DNA of 64,000 nucleotides from Callorhinchus milii (Eukaryota): NCBI RefSeq assembly GCF_018977255.1, contig NW_024704760.1, positions 992,001 to 1,056,000 of the forward strand, read 5' to 3'. Shown piece by piece: positions 1 to 13,490 of this stretch (position 1 is its first letter; each line of letters starts with the position of its first letter). The notes under the pieces were generated by a model. It saw only the letters and a program-made list of their open reading frames with translations, ran no database searches and was not told where the DNA came from. The position numbers and the translations under genes were made by a program.

Positions 1-612
1 TCCTTAGGCAAGTTTGGTCACTCCCCACACACGTCTCTGTTTACCGAACAGTAAGTAGGAACCCAGCTGTTAGTCGATAGGCAGATCGCTGTTCCAGGGG
101 TAATAATCCCTTCAAAAAAAAGATTATTATTAACATCTCCAATTGTATGTTTATCTTGCGTTTAACAAAAGCGGGTTGACCCCACTTGTCTCGCCAGCTC
201 TCTGAACACCATTTAACATCGCGAGAGGCACTGGGGAAATGCTACAAAGACATATTGCCTTAGTATATACATAATATAGATATAAAAAAAGTTATTAAAA
301 CAAAATAAATTGTAATTTTCCAAAAAAACAGGAGCTACTGGAGGCTCATTACAACTGAAACTGTTGTCAGGAGACGAGACATTAGTCCATTAATTAGAGA
401 ATGTCTAATTATAATGTTTTGATTATCCCGAAGCATCATCTCCAGAGCATTGTTAATTATCAGTTTGTATCAACTATTAGATGATTTCTTTTTATAGGCT
501 CCGTCTCGCACAGTAAAACACTTTGTCTTTAACAAACACAGGAGGAAGATTTGCTCCATTTGCCTAACTCATTCTTCTCACACTTAAAAAATGAAGGGGT
601 GATGGGGGAGAG

Positions 613-985
613 AAATAATAATAATAACATTTGCATTTGGTACCGCGCCATATCACGCCGTCGAGACGTCTCAAAGCGCTTCACAGGATACGCTGTAAAG
701 GTAGTGACTGTGTATTTTGTGGGCGAAACCCGGCAGCCAGGTTGCGCCCAGCGACGTCCCCACAAACAGTCGTGGATTGAGCGACCAAATTATTATTGTT
801 TATTATTTTTTTTGGAGGGGTTATATTCCCTGGAAACGCGATCCACCAATCGACTAACAACCGGCTCCCCATTTACTGTTTGGTAAACAGAGGGATGTGT
901 GTGGAGTAAGGAAACTTGCCCTGACCCAGAAATCGAACCTCTGGCTTGTGAGGCGACGGCTCTAACCACTGAGCTACAGGATTCT
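613..985 (-). mobile_element. tRNA-Ala-derived SINE (CORE-like body, L2-type tail with (ATT)n), near full length
   Basis: Reverse-complement head GTAGCTCAGTGGTTAGAGC...GGTTCGATT, body GGGCAAGTTTCCTTACTCCA...CTCTGTTTACC, tail GTGAAGCGCTTTGAGACGTC...CAAATG(TTA)n. Dozens of copies or fragments occur in the window. Confidence 0.9.
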
Positions 986-1979
986 ACCAAAGTAACTGAC
1001 AGGCATCTGTCTCTCTGAGTTTGCTGAATGCTACCCATTAACATCTCTTCGACGTGCAATTATAAGCCGCGAGATAACTAACAAAATCGCTCATCAAATC
1101 CTCTCGTTAATCACAATATTGTGACATTCCTGGTGTAGGAACGGCAGGGAAGTTTCCCAACTAAACAGGGAAAGAGTGGGAAACTGCAGGGAGGAGCTTT
1201 CTGGGTTATTATTGATGATGATAATAATAATAAAATAATAGTTATTAAACTTGCCCAATGTTTGGCCCTGCCCAGGAATTAAACCCAGGTCCTTGCGATG
1301 AGTTTGTGAGACCAAACTAAATATCCCACAGAGAAACACTCAGAAATCCAAAGGGCAACAAGTCACCGACTCCATTGATGTGATTTGGACACTGTTGATT
1401 ACTGGAAATGTCAAAATTCTTTCCTTTCGAGGCTGAGTCAGACACAAATAGATCTGTTGCTCCCCGAACCCACTCGACTGTAAGTCTCTTCCTTTTCAAG
1501 CTCCATCTCATCTCTGAGGTGTCAAAGTTCTCTCCCCACTGTGTCTATGATTGTGTTCACTCCCCCACTGGAGCTCTCTACTGCAACCCCCACCCACGCA
1601 CTGTGGCCATGTTACTCTAACCCAATTACTGGACCTCCAGTGTGAGACAAACCTTTGGGCCTCTGTATTTATGTCTTGATGTGCGTGTTGCAGACTTAAC
1701 TCATTGGATTTATTTTGTGGTCGATATGAAACTGAATTCATGTTCCCACAGCTGCAGTTCCTATTTATTTCTAATTACAGATTGTTACTTGTGGGGCAGA
1801 ATCGTTTCCCCAGACCTCCGCCTCACATTACTCTGGGTATTAATAATTCACTGGGAAGCAACTACATTTATTACCATTATTACGCAAGGGTAACAGGGGG
1901 AATTACTGTGGTTCAAGCAAAGAAACTGAATCCATTAACCATCCTGACTCTGCAGTTTGGTGTGTCGTTCCAGAGCATT

Positions 1980-2017
1980 CTGTCCGACTGTCCGACTGTC
2001 CGACTGTCCGACTGTCC
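1980..2017. repeat. (CTGTCCGA)n 8-mer tandem repeat running into an assembly gap (N 2018-2166)
   Basis: About five perfect units adjacent to the Ns. Confidence 0.9.
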
Positions 2018-3424
2018 NNNNNNNNNNNNNNNNNNNNNNNNNNNNNNNNNNNNNNNNNNNNNNNNNNNNNNNNNNNNNNNNNNNNNNNNNNNNNNNNNNN
2101 NNNNNNNNNNNNNNNNNNNNNNNNNNNNNNNNNNNNNNNNNNNNNNNNNNNNNNNNNNNNNNNNNNTGAGGAACTGCTTTTCTGTGGGAAACTTTTAACA
2201 CCAAGCTTCGGGGGAGTGGACGGTTCTGGCCCAGACAGAAAGTCCACTTTACAAGTAAATCTATACGACTGTTTGTGGGACGTCGCTGGGCACAATTGGC
2301 TGCCAAGTTTCGACCGCAAAATATACAGTCACCACACTTTACAGGATGGTCTGTAATCCCCCACTCCCACCTTCCCCCCACCATCGCCGTAACGAGCTGA
2401 AACACCTTCAGTGACAGCCCCACTGGGCTCGGCAGTAACTATCTACAAAGGCAGGCTGAAGGTCGGTGGTTAATGTGCCGTTGTGTTGTTAACAGAATCA
2501 CATGCGCTGAAGCCTCTATAAATAGGCTCCCGGCAAACAGGGAGGTTAGTGACAGTCGGGTCGTGTGTGTAAGGCCATCACTAGTGAAGGTAAATACGGG
2601 TAATGTGAAACTCCAAACCTGTGACCAGGGATTTCTTGGATTTCTTAATTATTATTATTATTATTCAGGGAGAATAATAATAATAATAATAGTCCTTGTT
2701 TTTTGACACAGCACCTTATCACGTCTTCGAGACGTCTCAAAGTGCTTCAAAGGATACGCTGTAAAGTGGATTGAGTGTATATTTTGTGGGCGAAACATGG
2801 CATCCAAATTGTGCCCATCGACGTCCCCTCAAACAGTCGTGGATTAAACATATATAATATAGTATAGAGAGAAAGAAATCAGACATATATATAGAGAGGG
2901 AGAGAGACACACACACTCACATAGAGAGAGAGGAAGACACGTACACATATAGAGAAGGGGGAAAGGGGGAGCTGATCACAGGTGCGATGGGGATTTAAAG
3001 GTAGAGTGGGGGGGGGGCGATCGGACCGTGGGCGGGTGAGGGGAGTGGGGTGGGGGTGGGGGAGTTGAAGCCGAGATCAGGGGACGCAGTGTGTGAAAGC
3101 TCGCTGGGCTGAACAGCGATGGTGATTAGAGAGGTGTCAGGGCTCTCATGGGTTATTACCGATGGGTTTCCCACCTGTGGCTGGAGACGTCGACTGTAAA
3201 CCCTGTGTTTGTGATGAGGTTAGATTTGCCCCCAGTGCTCCCACACATCCATTACGTTCTAATAGGTATAAAGGCTGACGTTGTATTGAGTCAGTCTGGC
3301 GAGGCTCTGGGTGACAGGTCTGTCTCTAAGCGATGTGACCAGAGTCACAGACAGCCAGGAAGCTCCCAACTGTTCCTAATGAGATTCCCCCAGCTTTCTC
3401 CACACACACACACACACACACTAC

Positions 3425-3600
3425 AGGAGTCCCTGTAGCTCAGTGGTTAGAGCACTCGCCTCGCAAGCGAGACACCTGGGTTCGATTCCCGGCCCGGGCG
3501 AAAGCTTAGGCAAGTTTACTTTACTCCACACACACACATGCCTCTGTTTACCCAGCAGTAAATGGGACCCATTTGTTAGTCGATTGGTGGACAAGGTGTT
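3425..3600 (+). mobile_element. tRNA-Ala(CGC)-derived SINE, 5' half
   Basis: A box TAGCTCAGTGG, anticodon arm CTCGC-CTCGCAA-GCGAG, B box GGTTCGATTCC, followed by the SINE body. Confidence 0.9.
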
Positions 3601-4739
3601 ACAGGATTGCAAACTGTCACCGTTCATCTCATCCATGAACAGAGAGAGCGAGAGTCAAGACACCCCGCACAGGCTGACGGGGGGGTTAGCGAGCAAGAAC
3701 CCAGCCACAGAGCAACAGGTTTGTTTCGGTTCCTCTGCCCGGCTCAGAGCAGTGATAATATAATAATAATAATCCTGGCATTTGATACAGTGCCTTATCA
3801 TGTCTTCGAGACGTCTCAAAGCTCTTTACGCCAACAAATATACGGTCAATTAACTTTACAGTCTATTCTGTGAAGCGCTTTGAGACATCTAGAAGACGTG
3901 AAAAGCGCTATATCAAATGTAAGGATTATTAGATTATATTATTTACAGGATAGACTGTAAAGTGAATTGACTGGATGTTTGTGGGCGAAAAGCGGCAGCC
4001 AATTGCGCACAGCAGCGTCCCACAAACAGCCGTGGTTTCAATGGCGAAATTGCTATTATTATTTTTTCTTGAAGGGATTATTACCCCCAGAAAAGCGATC
4101 GGTCAATTGACTAACGAGCGGGTTCCTACTGACTGCTGGTAAACAGAGGCGTGTGGGTACGTGTGTCTGTGTGTGTGTGTGTGTGTGTGTCTCTGTGGTG
4201 TGCGTGTGTGTCGAGTAAGGAAATAGCCTAATGTTTTGCTCTGCCCGGGAACCGAATCCAGGTCCTCTCGCTTGCGAGGCGAGCCTGTCAACCAATACGC
4301 TCCACAAGTACTCCACAAGTAGTAGTCTTTGAGGCCTGCTCTCACTGCTCAGAACCTCACACACTCACACACCAGAAAGGCATTGACTAACCTTGAGTGC
4401 CTGGCTTATCCAGATGAATGGATATTGATGACTTTTGCTTTGTCCCCGGCCTCCTCCGCTGACAATGACGACCTCATTGATGTGGCTGTGACATTGCCTG
4501 TTCCTCTGCCTTCGCTGTGTCCTGGTGTCCCTCTCCAAACCTGATTTATTGATCCAGTTAATGCACAGATTAATGGCTTTGTGATTTGCAGCCAGTGTTC
4601 TGCAGAATAACACCCCCTTTGCCCCCCATCTCCCCTTCCCTCCCCACCTCACGCACACACACCCACACACGCACCATGGACCTCACGGCCTCCTTCACTC
4701 TGAGATTCACTCTGAGATTCTGTAGCTTGGTGGTTAGAT

Positions 4740-5107
4740 CGCCTTATCACGTCTTCTAAACGTCTCAAAGCTCTTCACAGAATATACTGTAAAGTGCAGT
4801 CACTGTGTGTTTTGTGGGCGAAACGCGGCAGGCAATTGCGCACAGCAGCGTCCCCACAAACAGCCGTGGATTGAGTGACCAAATTATTATTATTTTTATT
4901 AAGGGATTATTACCCCCGGAAAGTGATCTGCCAATCGACTACCAGCCGGGTTCCTACTGACTGCTGGTAAACAGAGGCGTGTGTGTGGAGTGAGGAAACT
5001 GGCCTAAGGTTTCGCCCTGTCCTGTTCCGCCCGCCCGGCCGGGAATCGAACCCGGGTCCTCTCGCTTGCGAGGCGAGGGCTCTAACCACTGAGCTACAGG
5101 GACTCCA
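4740..5107 (-). mobile_element. tRNA-derived SINE, near full length
   Basis: Same head, body and tail as the family consensus. Confidence 0.9.
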
Positions 5108-5446
5108 GTTTTATTTGGACTGGAGATTGTCTCTGACTGTTTGTTGTGTGTCACACAGTTCGGATGTGTCTCTAAAATGCCCCAGAGGCTGAGATGCACA
5201 GACTCGGGTCATTTCAAAGGGACTGACTGGTGCAGTGGGTTAGAAACTCCTAACTAGGGTTGTTCGATTTGCGACACGCTGTGAATCTTTACAAGCCTTA
5301 TGGGCTAGAGCTCTCTCAGGCAAGGATTCACTCAAGGACAAATACTGGTTAGAGGGAGAGAGAGAGAGAGAGAGAGAAGGAAGAGAATGAGAACGAAGAG
5401 AACTACTAGCTGCTACTGTAACTAACATTTTATATAATAATGTAAT

Positions 5447-5821
5447 ATATAATCCTGGCATTTGATACAGCGCCTGATCACGTCTTCGAGACGTCTCAAA
5501 GCGCTTCACAGGATACACTGAAAAGTGGAGTGACTGGATATTTTGTGGGTGAAACGCAGCAGCCAATTGCGCACAGCAGCGTCCCCACAAACAGTTGTCG
5601 ACTGAGTGACCAATTTATTATTATTTATTTGAAAAGATTTTTTTGAAGAGTTAATTACCCCCGGAAAGAGAACCACCACTCGACTGACAACCGGGTTCCT
5701 ACTGACTGCTGGCAAACAGAGGCGTGTGTGTGGAGTAAGGAAACTTGCCTGAGATTTTGTCCTGCCCAGGAATTGACGCCAAGTCCTCTCGAGTGCTCTA
5801 ACCACTGAGCTACCGGACTCC
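5447..5821 (-). mobile_element. tRNA-derived SINE, full length
   Basis: Same head, body and tail as the family consensus. Confidence 0.9.
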
Positions 5822-6832
5822 ACAACCATAGTCAGGTTCCCCTTAAAGATTTATGCCAAAGTCCAGGATCATTCAAAGCTGTTTAAGTGCTTTATTTGGG
5901 GGGATTTACACTTAATCCTAGATTACTGAGCCAGACCGAAGTCTTTATCCTGTGCGAGGTTGATAGCTCCTGATTCTATCAATCTGTTATTATTATTCCC
6001 ATCTGCCCTCGCGAACACCTCTGTTATCTCCTGATTGCCGGTGACCGCAAGGGACAGTGAGAGCCATCCTGCTCCAGACCCAGGCACCATCGCTGGGTGT
6101 CTCAGAGCGGTATTTCGCCCACAAAATATTTCAGCGACTTGTGATGTCCTCCCGACGTGGAGGGAGCGATACGACTGTGATTTTGTACAGTTTGTAAAAC
6201 ACAGTCAATTCACTTTACGGCGTATCCCGTGAAGCGCTTTGAGACGTCTCGAAGACGCGATAAGGCGCTGTATCAAATGCCAGGATTATTATTATTATTA
6301 GGGCTTTGGCTTACAGTGATAACAGGAGCTGCGTGAGGTGGGGTGGGATGGGGTGGAGTGGGGTGGGGTGGGGAGAATTCCTACCCCCGGTGACTGGTCA
6401 GGTGAAATCTTAACCTGAGCTTGAAATTCCTTCACGGAGTTCGCTGGCAAAACGTGTCTGTTTGCTGGCAGAAGATTTACAATGCACTTAACATCCAGCG
6501 TCTTCACAGACTGATGCACGTCCCGGGGGGGGAATTGTGTAATTTATGTTAATGTGTTTTGGAGAGCGACTTAGCAATATGGCTTCAATTAATTTCGGTG
6601 GATTCCAGGACAAGTTTACTGACGCCTTTAAGTTGAGGACAGGAGTGACGGCTGTGGTCTCACAAGCCAGCCCGGCCGCGCGTCAGCAGATAGCACTCTC
6701 GCCTCAGAGTCAGAAGGTTGCGAGTTCCAGCCCCCACTTCGTTACTTGAAACCCATAAGGTCTATTAGCTGACACAACAATGCACCAACTATAATAATAA
6801 TTATTATTATAATTATTATTATTATTATTCTG

Positions 6833-7175
6833 GTGGAGTCCTGCACCTCAGGGGTCAGAGCCCTCACCTCGCATGTGAGAGGAACCGGGTTTGATTCCCG
6901 GGCGGGTCAGAGCGAAACGTTGGGCAAGTTTCCTTACTCCCCACACACACACACGCACACGCACATGCTCGCCTCTGGTTACCAGCAGTCAGTATAAACC
7001 CAGTTGTTAGTCGATTGGCGGATCGCTTTTCTGGAGGTAATAATCCCTTCAGAACAGCAACAAAAAAAATCAATACATAATAATAATTTAGTCGCTCAAC
7101 CCACGGCTGTTTGTGGGGACGCTGCTGTGCGCAATTGGCTGCCGCGTTTCGCCCACAAAAACACACAGTCACCAG
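6833..7175 (+). mobile_element. tRNA-derived SINE, tail truncated
   Basis: GGAGTCCTG head, (CA)n insert, family body. Confidence 0.85.
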
Positions 7176-8444
7176 ACTTTGCAGTGTGTTCTGGAACCCA
7201 CGACTGTCTCCTCCGTAGGAAGGAGTGATAGCGACTGGGTCAAACTGCCGGCTAAAGCGGACTGCAGCTGATAGAGAGTCGGTGGTGGTGGTGGTGGTGG
7301 CGGTTGTGTTATTCAAAGCTCGCTGAGACCGTTAACTATTGGCGCATCCCATCCATCTGCTTGTGGCTGTGGTGAGAACGGCAGCGACTGAGTGGGAATA
7401 CTGATTGGCTGCTTCCCCAGATGTCCTGTCGACCAGCAAGAACAACACCCACACAACAGGGCTGAGCACAGCTCCCCGCCACGCACTCCGCACTCGGTAA
7501 CATTACATTACAATTAGGGGAATTAATCATTCTCGTTGTCTGAGAAATAAATAGCGTCAGAGAGACAGAGAGAGAGGAGGAAAAGGGAGACGGAGAGAGA
7601 AAGGAATAGAGAAGGAAAGAAGGGAGGAAGGAAGGCAGGGGGGAGGGAGTGAGAGAGATGGCAAGGAAGCTAGGAATAGTGTCGTGGATTCACCCAATCC
7701 CACGACTGTTTGTGGGGACGTCGTTGGGCGCAATTGGCTGCCGTGTTTCGCCCACAAAACACCCAGTCACTACACTTTTTTATCTCGAAGACGTGATAAA
7801 GTGCTAGATCAAATGCAAGGATTATTATAATAATAATAATAATCCCTCCAAAACCAAAAACAATAATAAATTGGTCATTTTCAATCCCCGACTGTTTGTG
7901 GGACATTGCTGTGCGCCATTGGCTGCTGCGTTCGCCCACAAACATACAGTCAATTCACTTTACAGTGTGTTCTGTGAAGCGCTTTGGGACGTCCTCCCGA
8001 CGTGAAAAGCGCTATATCAAATGCAAGGATTATTATTATTATTATTATTAAAGGGAGGAAGAGAGAGCAGAGGAAAGGGAGAGAATGATTCCTCCCCGAC
8101 TCTCCCCACGGGGTTCGGGGTCGGTGGAATCTGACTGTAAATAAATAAATAAATTCCTTGTGAAACAAATTCCTGAAATGAGAGGCATTTACGCAGCGGT
8201 TCAGAGTCGGGCAGAGAGCGAGAGCGAGAGCAGGAGCCTGTGTGACAGAGACCGGGAGCTTATGGCATGTGCTGTGTACTGTGTACTGTGCGATGGACGG
8301 ACAGAAGGACAATCTATTTAATATTCACAGCAGGTTCCGGCCATGAGATGAGCTGATCTATTTATAACAAGTTTCATCTCTGGTCTGGCTCGGAGCTGGA
8401 ACCAGATCTTATCGAGAGATAGATATGGCTTTGTAGCTTAGATC

Positions 8445-8850
8445 TGTAGCTCAGTGGTCAGAGCACTCGCCTCGCAAGCGAGAGGACCTGGGTTCGATTC
8501 CCGTGTGGGTCAGGGCGAAACCTTAGGCAAGTCTCCTTACTCCAAACATGCACCACACACACACACACACACACACACGCCTCTGGTTACCAGCAGCGAG
8601 TAGGAACCTGGTTGTAAGTCGATTGGCGGATTGCTCTTCTGGGGGTAATAATCCCTTCTAAATAAATGAATAAATAAATAAGTTGGTCGCTCTATCCACG
8701 ACTGTTTGTGGGACTCTGCTGTGTGCAATTGGCTGCCGCGTTTCGCCCACAAAACATTCACTCAGTTCACTGTATAGTATAATTTGTGAAGCGCTTTGAG
8801 ACGTCTCGAAGGTGTGATAAGGCGGTGCATCAAATGCAAGGATTATTATT
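8445..8850 (+). mobile_element. tRNA-derived SINE, full length
   Basis: Intact A/B boxes, (CA)n insert, tail ending GGATTATTATT. Confidence 0.9.
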
Positions 8851-10107
8851 ATAATAAACTAACGATCTGATTAACTCATTAACTCACTAACTCGCCCAAA
8901 CAGATACCAGTGATCCATCATGATTACTCCAACTCTCGAGTGAGTGAGTGAGTGAGAGAGAGCGAACGAGCCCACGAGAGCACATCAGAATGAAGAGATG
9001 AACGGCGCTATACCTCTGGCACGAGTCAAAGTGAAGCGTTTGGACCGAACGTGATTCAGAGAAGAGACAGTGGAGGGAGTCAGGGCCCGAGCTCAAAGCC
9101 AGAATAACAGGAGAAATGTGCGAGGACTGATAGGGATTTCTTCCAAACTAATCCTTCACGGATTAAGCCAACCTTTCATCCCTTCTCTCTCCACTTTGTT
9201 AACTCTTCACGGAGTAACTGGCTTTGATTCGGGGCTAATTTGAGGCAGGGATGAACCTCGGCCACCCTATTGTAGTGATCTGTCCTGTTTGTGTTCCGCG
9301 GCTGACAAAGAGGAGCTGCGACTGCACTGGTCACAGCTCCGCGATTCAGCCACAAGTTTCACATCCATAGAAATCGCTCCCAATAATAATCCAACGCCTC
9401 AACTTGCAGTTACATCGGGAGCACGTCCCAAGGCGCTGGACACTGAGGGGTTTGGACCCGAGTTCAATGATAATAATAATAATAATAATCCTGGCATCTC
9501 ACCCGGCGCCTCATCACGGGTTGAGACGTCTCAAAGCGCTTCACAGCACACACTGTAAAGCGTAGTGACTGCCACCTATTGTGTGGGTGAAACGTGGCAG
9601 CTAATTGCGCCCGGCAGGTGTCCCACAAACAGCGGTGGATTTACAGCGGCCGTTTTCTTTTGAGTGGAGGGAATTATTACCCCCTGGAAAGCGATGGACT
9701 AACAAGCGGGTTCTTACTGACTGCTGGGTAAACAGAGGCGGGCGGGCGGGCGCGGAGTAAGGAAACTTGCCTAAGGTTNNNNNNNNNNNNNNNNNNNNNN
9801 NNNNNNNNNNNNNNNNNNNNNNNNNNNNNNNNNNNNNNNNNNNNNNNNNNNNNNNNNNNNNNNNNNNNNNNNNNNNNNNNNNNNNNNNNNNNNNNNNNNN
9901 NNNNNNNNNNNNNNNNNNNNNNNNNNNNNNNNNNNNNNNNNNNNNNAGGAGACCATGTGCCCGCGAAAATTGCGAGCTCTGCGAAGTGGCGGCCTCCACT
10001 CTGACAGCCGGAGTCACACCAGCAAGGACACCGCTCTCCGTCCCTATTGTCTGAATGTCCTTCGCCATAAGCCGCCCTGTTTGATACCCTTTGTCTCCGG
10101 CTGACTG

Positions 10108-10630
10108 GCACACACACGCACACACGCGCACACACGCACACGCACGCACACGCACGCACTCGCTCTCACAGCTACTGCCGCTGAGGCTCTGCCCAACACT
10201 CTTAATATTTCATTTCATTTTATTTCATTTCATTTCATTTCATTTCATTCAAAGCACGTCACTGTGCCCTTCCCCCGACCCCGGCCGTCAACAACATACA
10301 CCGTGTACACATCCACTCACACACGCGCACATCATGCACGTATTCACACGCGCAGACGCACACGCACGTGCATCATGTACATATTCACTCATACGCACGC
10401 AGCACTCTCACACATTACACACATACGCACAGACACACACACACACTATGTACGTATTTATTCAACACACACTCACACACACTCACACACATAACGCACA
10501 TGTTCACGCGCGCACACACACGTGCAGTGTGCTCACGCGCACACACGCTCGCACTCTCATACAGACACACGCACCTCTCTCTCACACAGACACACACACA
10601 CTCTCTCTCACACAGACACACACACATGTG
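10108..10630. repeat. Degenerate (CA)n/(CACG)n microsatellite block with (TTTCA)n at ~10208-10250
   Basis: Directly visible low-complexity alternating purine-pyrimidine tract. Confidence 0.9.
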
Positions 10631-11789
10631 CGCTGGTAAAAATAGCCTCGCAATACAGCTCGTTTCCTTCAATTCCCAGTGTAATTTAACATTGTTAGCT
10701 GCATCTGTTCCTCAGCCGCACTTGTACCCTATCCCCGCGTGTGATTGATTTGCCTGCAATCCCAGAGGCGCTCTCTCTCTATCTCTCTCTCTCTCTCTTG
10801 TCCCCCTCCCTCTCCCTCTCCCCCTCTGTCTCTGACTCGCTCCCCCTCTCACACTCGCCAACTTTAGCAAATGATTATTAACGAGGACCGGAGGGAAAGT
10901 GAACCACTGCCTTTGTCTTTCTCCTTCGCTCTGAGCTCCAGCGAGCCTCTGTCCTCACTGACTGACCGGGCTGGGGCGGTGCCACCTTCCAGCCCTACGC
11001 CGCCCAAATCAAACCCTCTCAAAAGCGCTTCCCCGGGGCATTCGCTGTCGAGTGTAGTGACTGTGCGTTTCCAGGCAAGCGGGGCACTCGCTGTTACTCT
11101 CAGTGAAATGTCTCACAGATCACATCAAATCCATTTTGGGCTTCAAGAGGGAACTAGAGAGATGCCTTAATAAGAGTCAGCGACAGGGGGGAAAGGGCAG
11201 GTAAGTGGGACTGTAAGGATTGCTCTTGAGGGAGAGGCACAGACACGATGGGCGGAATGACTTTCTTCTTGTGTCGCAAATCTCTGTGTTTCTACCATTG
11301 TACAAACAGCCCATGAAGTGAATGACCAATTTATGATAATAATAATAATAATAATCCTTGCATTGGATACAGGGCCTTATCACGTCTTCGAGACGTGTCA
11401 CAGCGCTTCACAGAATATACTGGAAAGCGGAGTGACTGTGTATTTTGTGGGCAATCTGCAAATAAGGAACCCCAATACTGGGGAAACTCCCCATTTGGAT
11501 CTGGAGCCACAGGTTTGACTCTGAAGTCTCGGTACCACAGCACCATCTACAGCATTTACTGTGAACTAGGAGCAATAATAATAATAACAACAATAATAAT
11601 AATCCTGGCATTTGACACAGCGCCTTATCACGTCTTCGAGATGTCTCAAAGCGCTTCACAGGATACTCTGAAAAGTGGAGTGACTGGATATTGTGGGTGA
11701 AACACGGCAGCCGATCGCGCACAGCAGCGTTCCCACAAACAGTCGTGGATTGAGTGACCAAATTATTATTATTGTTTTAAACCAAAGTC

Positions 11790-12537
11790 AGTCAGGAACC
11801 TCGGTGTCTGTTTGACCCTCAACTGTCTTTTCTTCCCCACATCCAAGCCATGACCCGCTCGGCCTTCCCTCACCTCCGTAACATCTCCCGACTCCGCCAC
11901 TACCTCACCCCTCAGGCGCTGAAACTCTTGTTCATGCCTTCATCACCTCTAGGCTCGAGTATGCAAACTCGCTGCGTGTCGGCCTTCCCAACCCCTCCCT
12001 CCACAGCTGTAGATAATCCAGAACTCTGCAGCCCGTGTCCTCTCCCGCACCAAACTCCCCCAGTGACCCCATCTCCCCCACTCTCGCCCGACTCCATTGG
12101 CTCTCTATCCTTCAGAGGATCCAATTCAAGATCCTGGTCCTCACATACAAAGCTCTCCATAGCTTCAACCCACCCTACCTCTGCGACCTCCTAACCCCCT
12201 ACCAACCCGCCTGCTCCCTCCGCTCAGCCGGCTCTGGCTGCTCCACGTCCCCCGACCCACACGCCCCACCATTGGCGGGAGAGCCTTCAGCCACTCTGCC
12301 CCAACCTCTGGAACTCCATCCCCCAATCTCTCCGCCTCGCCCCCTCCTTAGCCTCCTTCAAGTCCCTCCTCAAGACCCACCTCTTCGACCGTGCCATCGG
12401 CCACCTCCCTTCCCCTCCCCTCCCTTAACCCCCCCCAACCCCAGCTCGGGTCTGAAATGCTGTACACTGTCAGCGCCTTGGGATGTCCTCCCGACGTGAA
12501 AGGCGCTATACACATGGAATCTTGTTGTTGTTGTTGT
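11790..12537 (+). mobile_element. L2 LINE 3' fragment (ORF2 C-terminus with frameshifts, plus 3'UTR)
   Basis: Peptides HLRNISRLRHYL and LHWLSILQRIQFKILVLTYKALH...PPYLCDLL...RSLRS-like; tail CGCCTTGGGATGTCCTCCCGACGTGAAAGGCGCTATA...(TTG)n. Confidence 0.92.
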
Positions 12538-13187
12538 AGTAAACTTAGGGATATTAAGTAATGACTCTCTAGCAGTGAGATACAAGCTGGAATCTATACA
12601 GAATAATGCCCCCTCTCTCGCCCCCTCCCCGTCTGGAATCTGGATGCACTGTCTATGGGGAGCTGGGGGCGTGGGGGGTGGCATTGAGGTTGCAATAGGG
12701 AGTGAAAGAGTCCGTCCAGTTTCACTTTAGCGCCTCAATAAAGATGCAGAACTTTAATATTGATCACAATCAGACGAGACAGACACCAAACTCGTTTCCA
12801 CGTCGCCTGGTGAAGCCGCAAAGCAAAGCTTCCTGCAGGAGCTGGGTCTGGGTACGTGTTGGAGTTATTGATATTCAGAGTCTTGTTAGTATTACAAGCT
12901 CATTAATGACAGCTTTGCTCTGTGTCTCGTTCAAGCCTCCCTCACAATGTGCATCAGATCAATTGCCACCTCAGATGGCTTATTTGCCGCTGTTCTTGCG
13001 AACAAATCTAAATGAAATCCTGCCTGGTTTGTACAACGCCCAAAATAATATCATAATACAGTATCCAATATCCTTTAATACTGTGGAGGATTTCTGAAAG
13101 CGCTTCACAGGATTCACTGTAAAATACCAGACTGAGACCCTGAGACTGAGACACTGTATGTTTTTTTTATGGGGGTCAGCCAGGTGG

Positions 13188-13490
13188 GTGTCTGACACAC
13201 GTGGAAACCCATCACCGTTGCTTAAAAGTCTGAGAATTCCAGGTCTCCCACCTACACAAGGAAATCCCAGATAGATTATTGGAATGGAATGCGCTCTCTC
13301 TCTCTCTCTCTCCCTGGAGGGACGTATCTTGTTTACCTAATTCCGGAACGTATCAGGCGCAGGTTGGCGAGAGCCAAGGCTTGGGGGGGAGCCCAGAGTG
13401 TGTGTTGGGGTAACTGCTGGGGTCTAACCGGCTAAACCCACACAGCTTGGCCATTGAGAGCGCTGTCTAGCCGAGCTTTCCCGCTGCTTG
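13188..13490 (+). repeat. Unclassified ~300 bp interspersed repeat, copy A
   Basis: Reverse complement of 21715-22028 (shared GGAATGGAATGCGC(TC)nCCTGGAGGGACG, AGCCAAGGCTTGGGGGGAGCCC, CCATTGAGAGC). Confidence 0.85.

Noticed and set aside
3428-3500. tRNA-Ala(CGC) gene (also ~8445, ~5035-5105 and others)
   Set aside because: A/B boxes and an anticodon arm are present, but there is no proper acceptor stem and each copy runs into the SINE body. These are SINE heads.
10091-10748. His/Thr-rich ORFs of 126-182 aa
   Set aside because: Translation of a (CA)n microsatellite block.
11850-12499. ORFs of 114 and 154 aa as host genes
   Set aside because: Frameshifted L2 ORF2 remnant.
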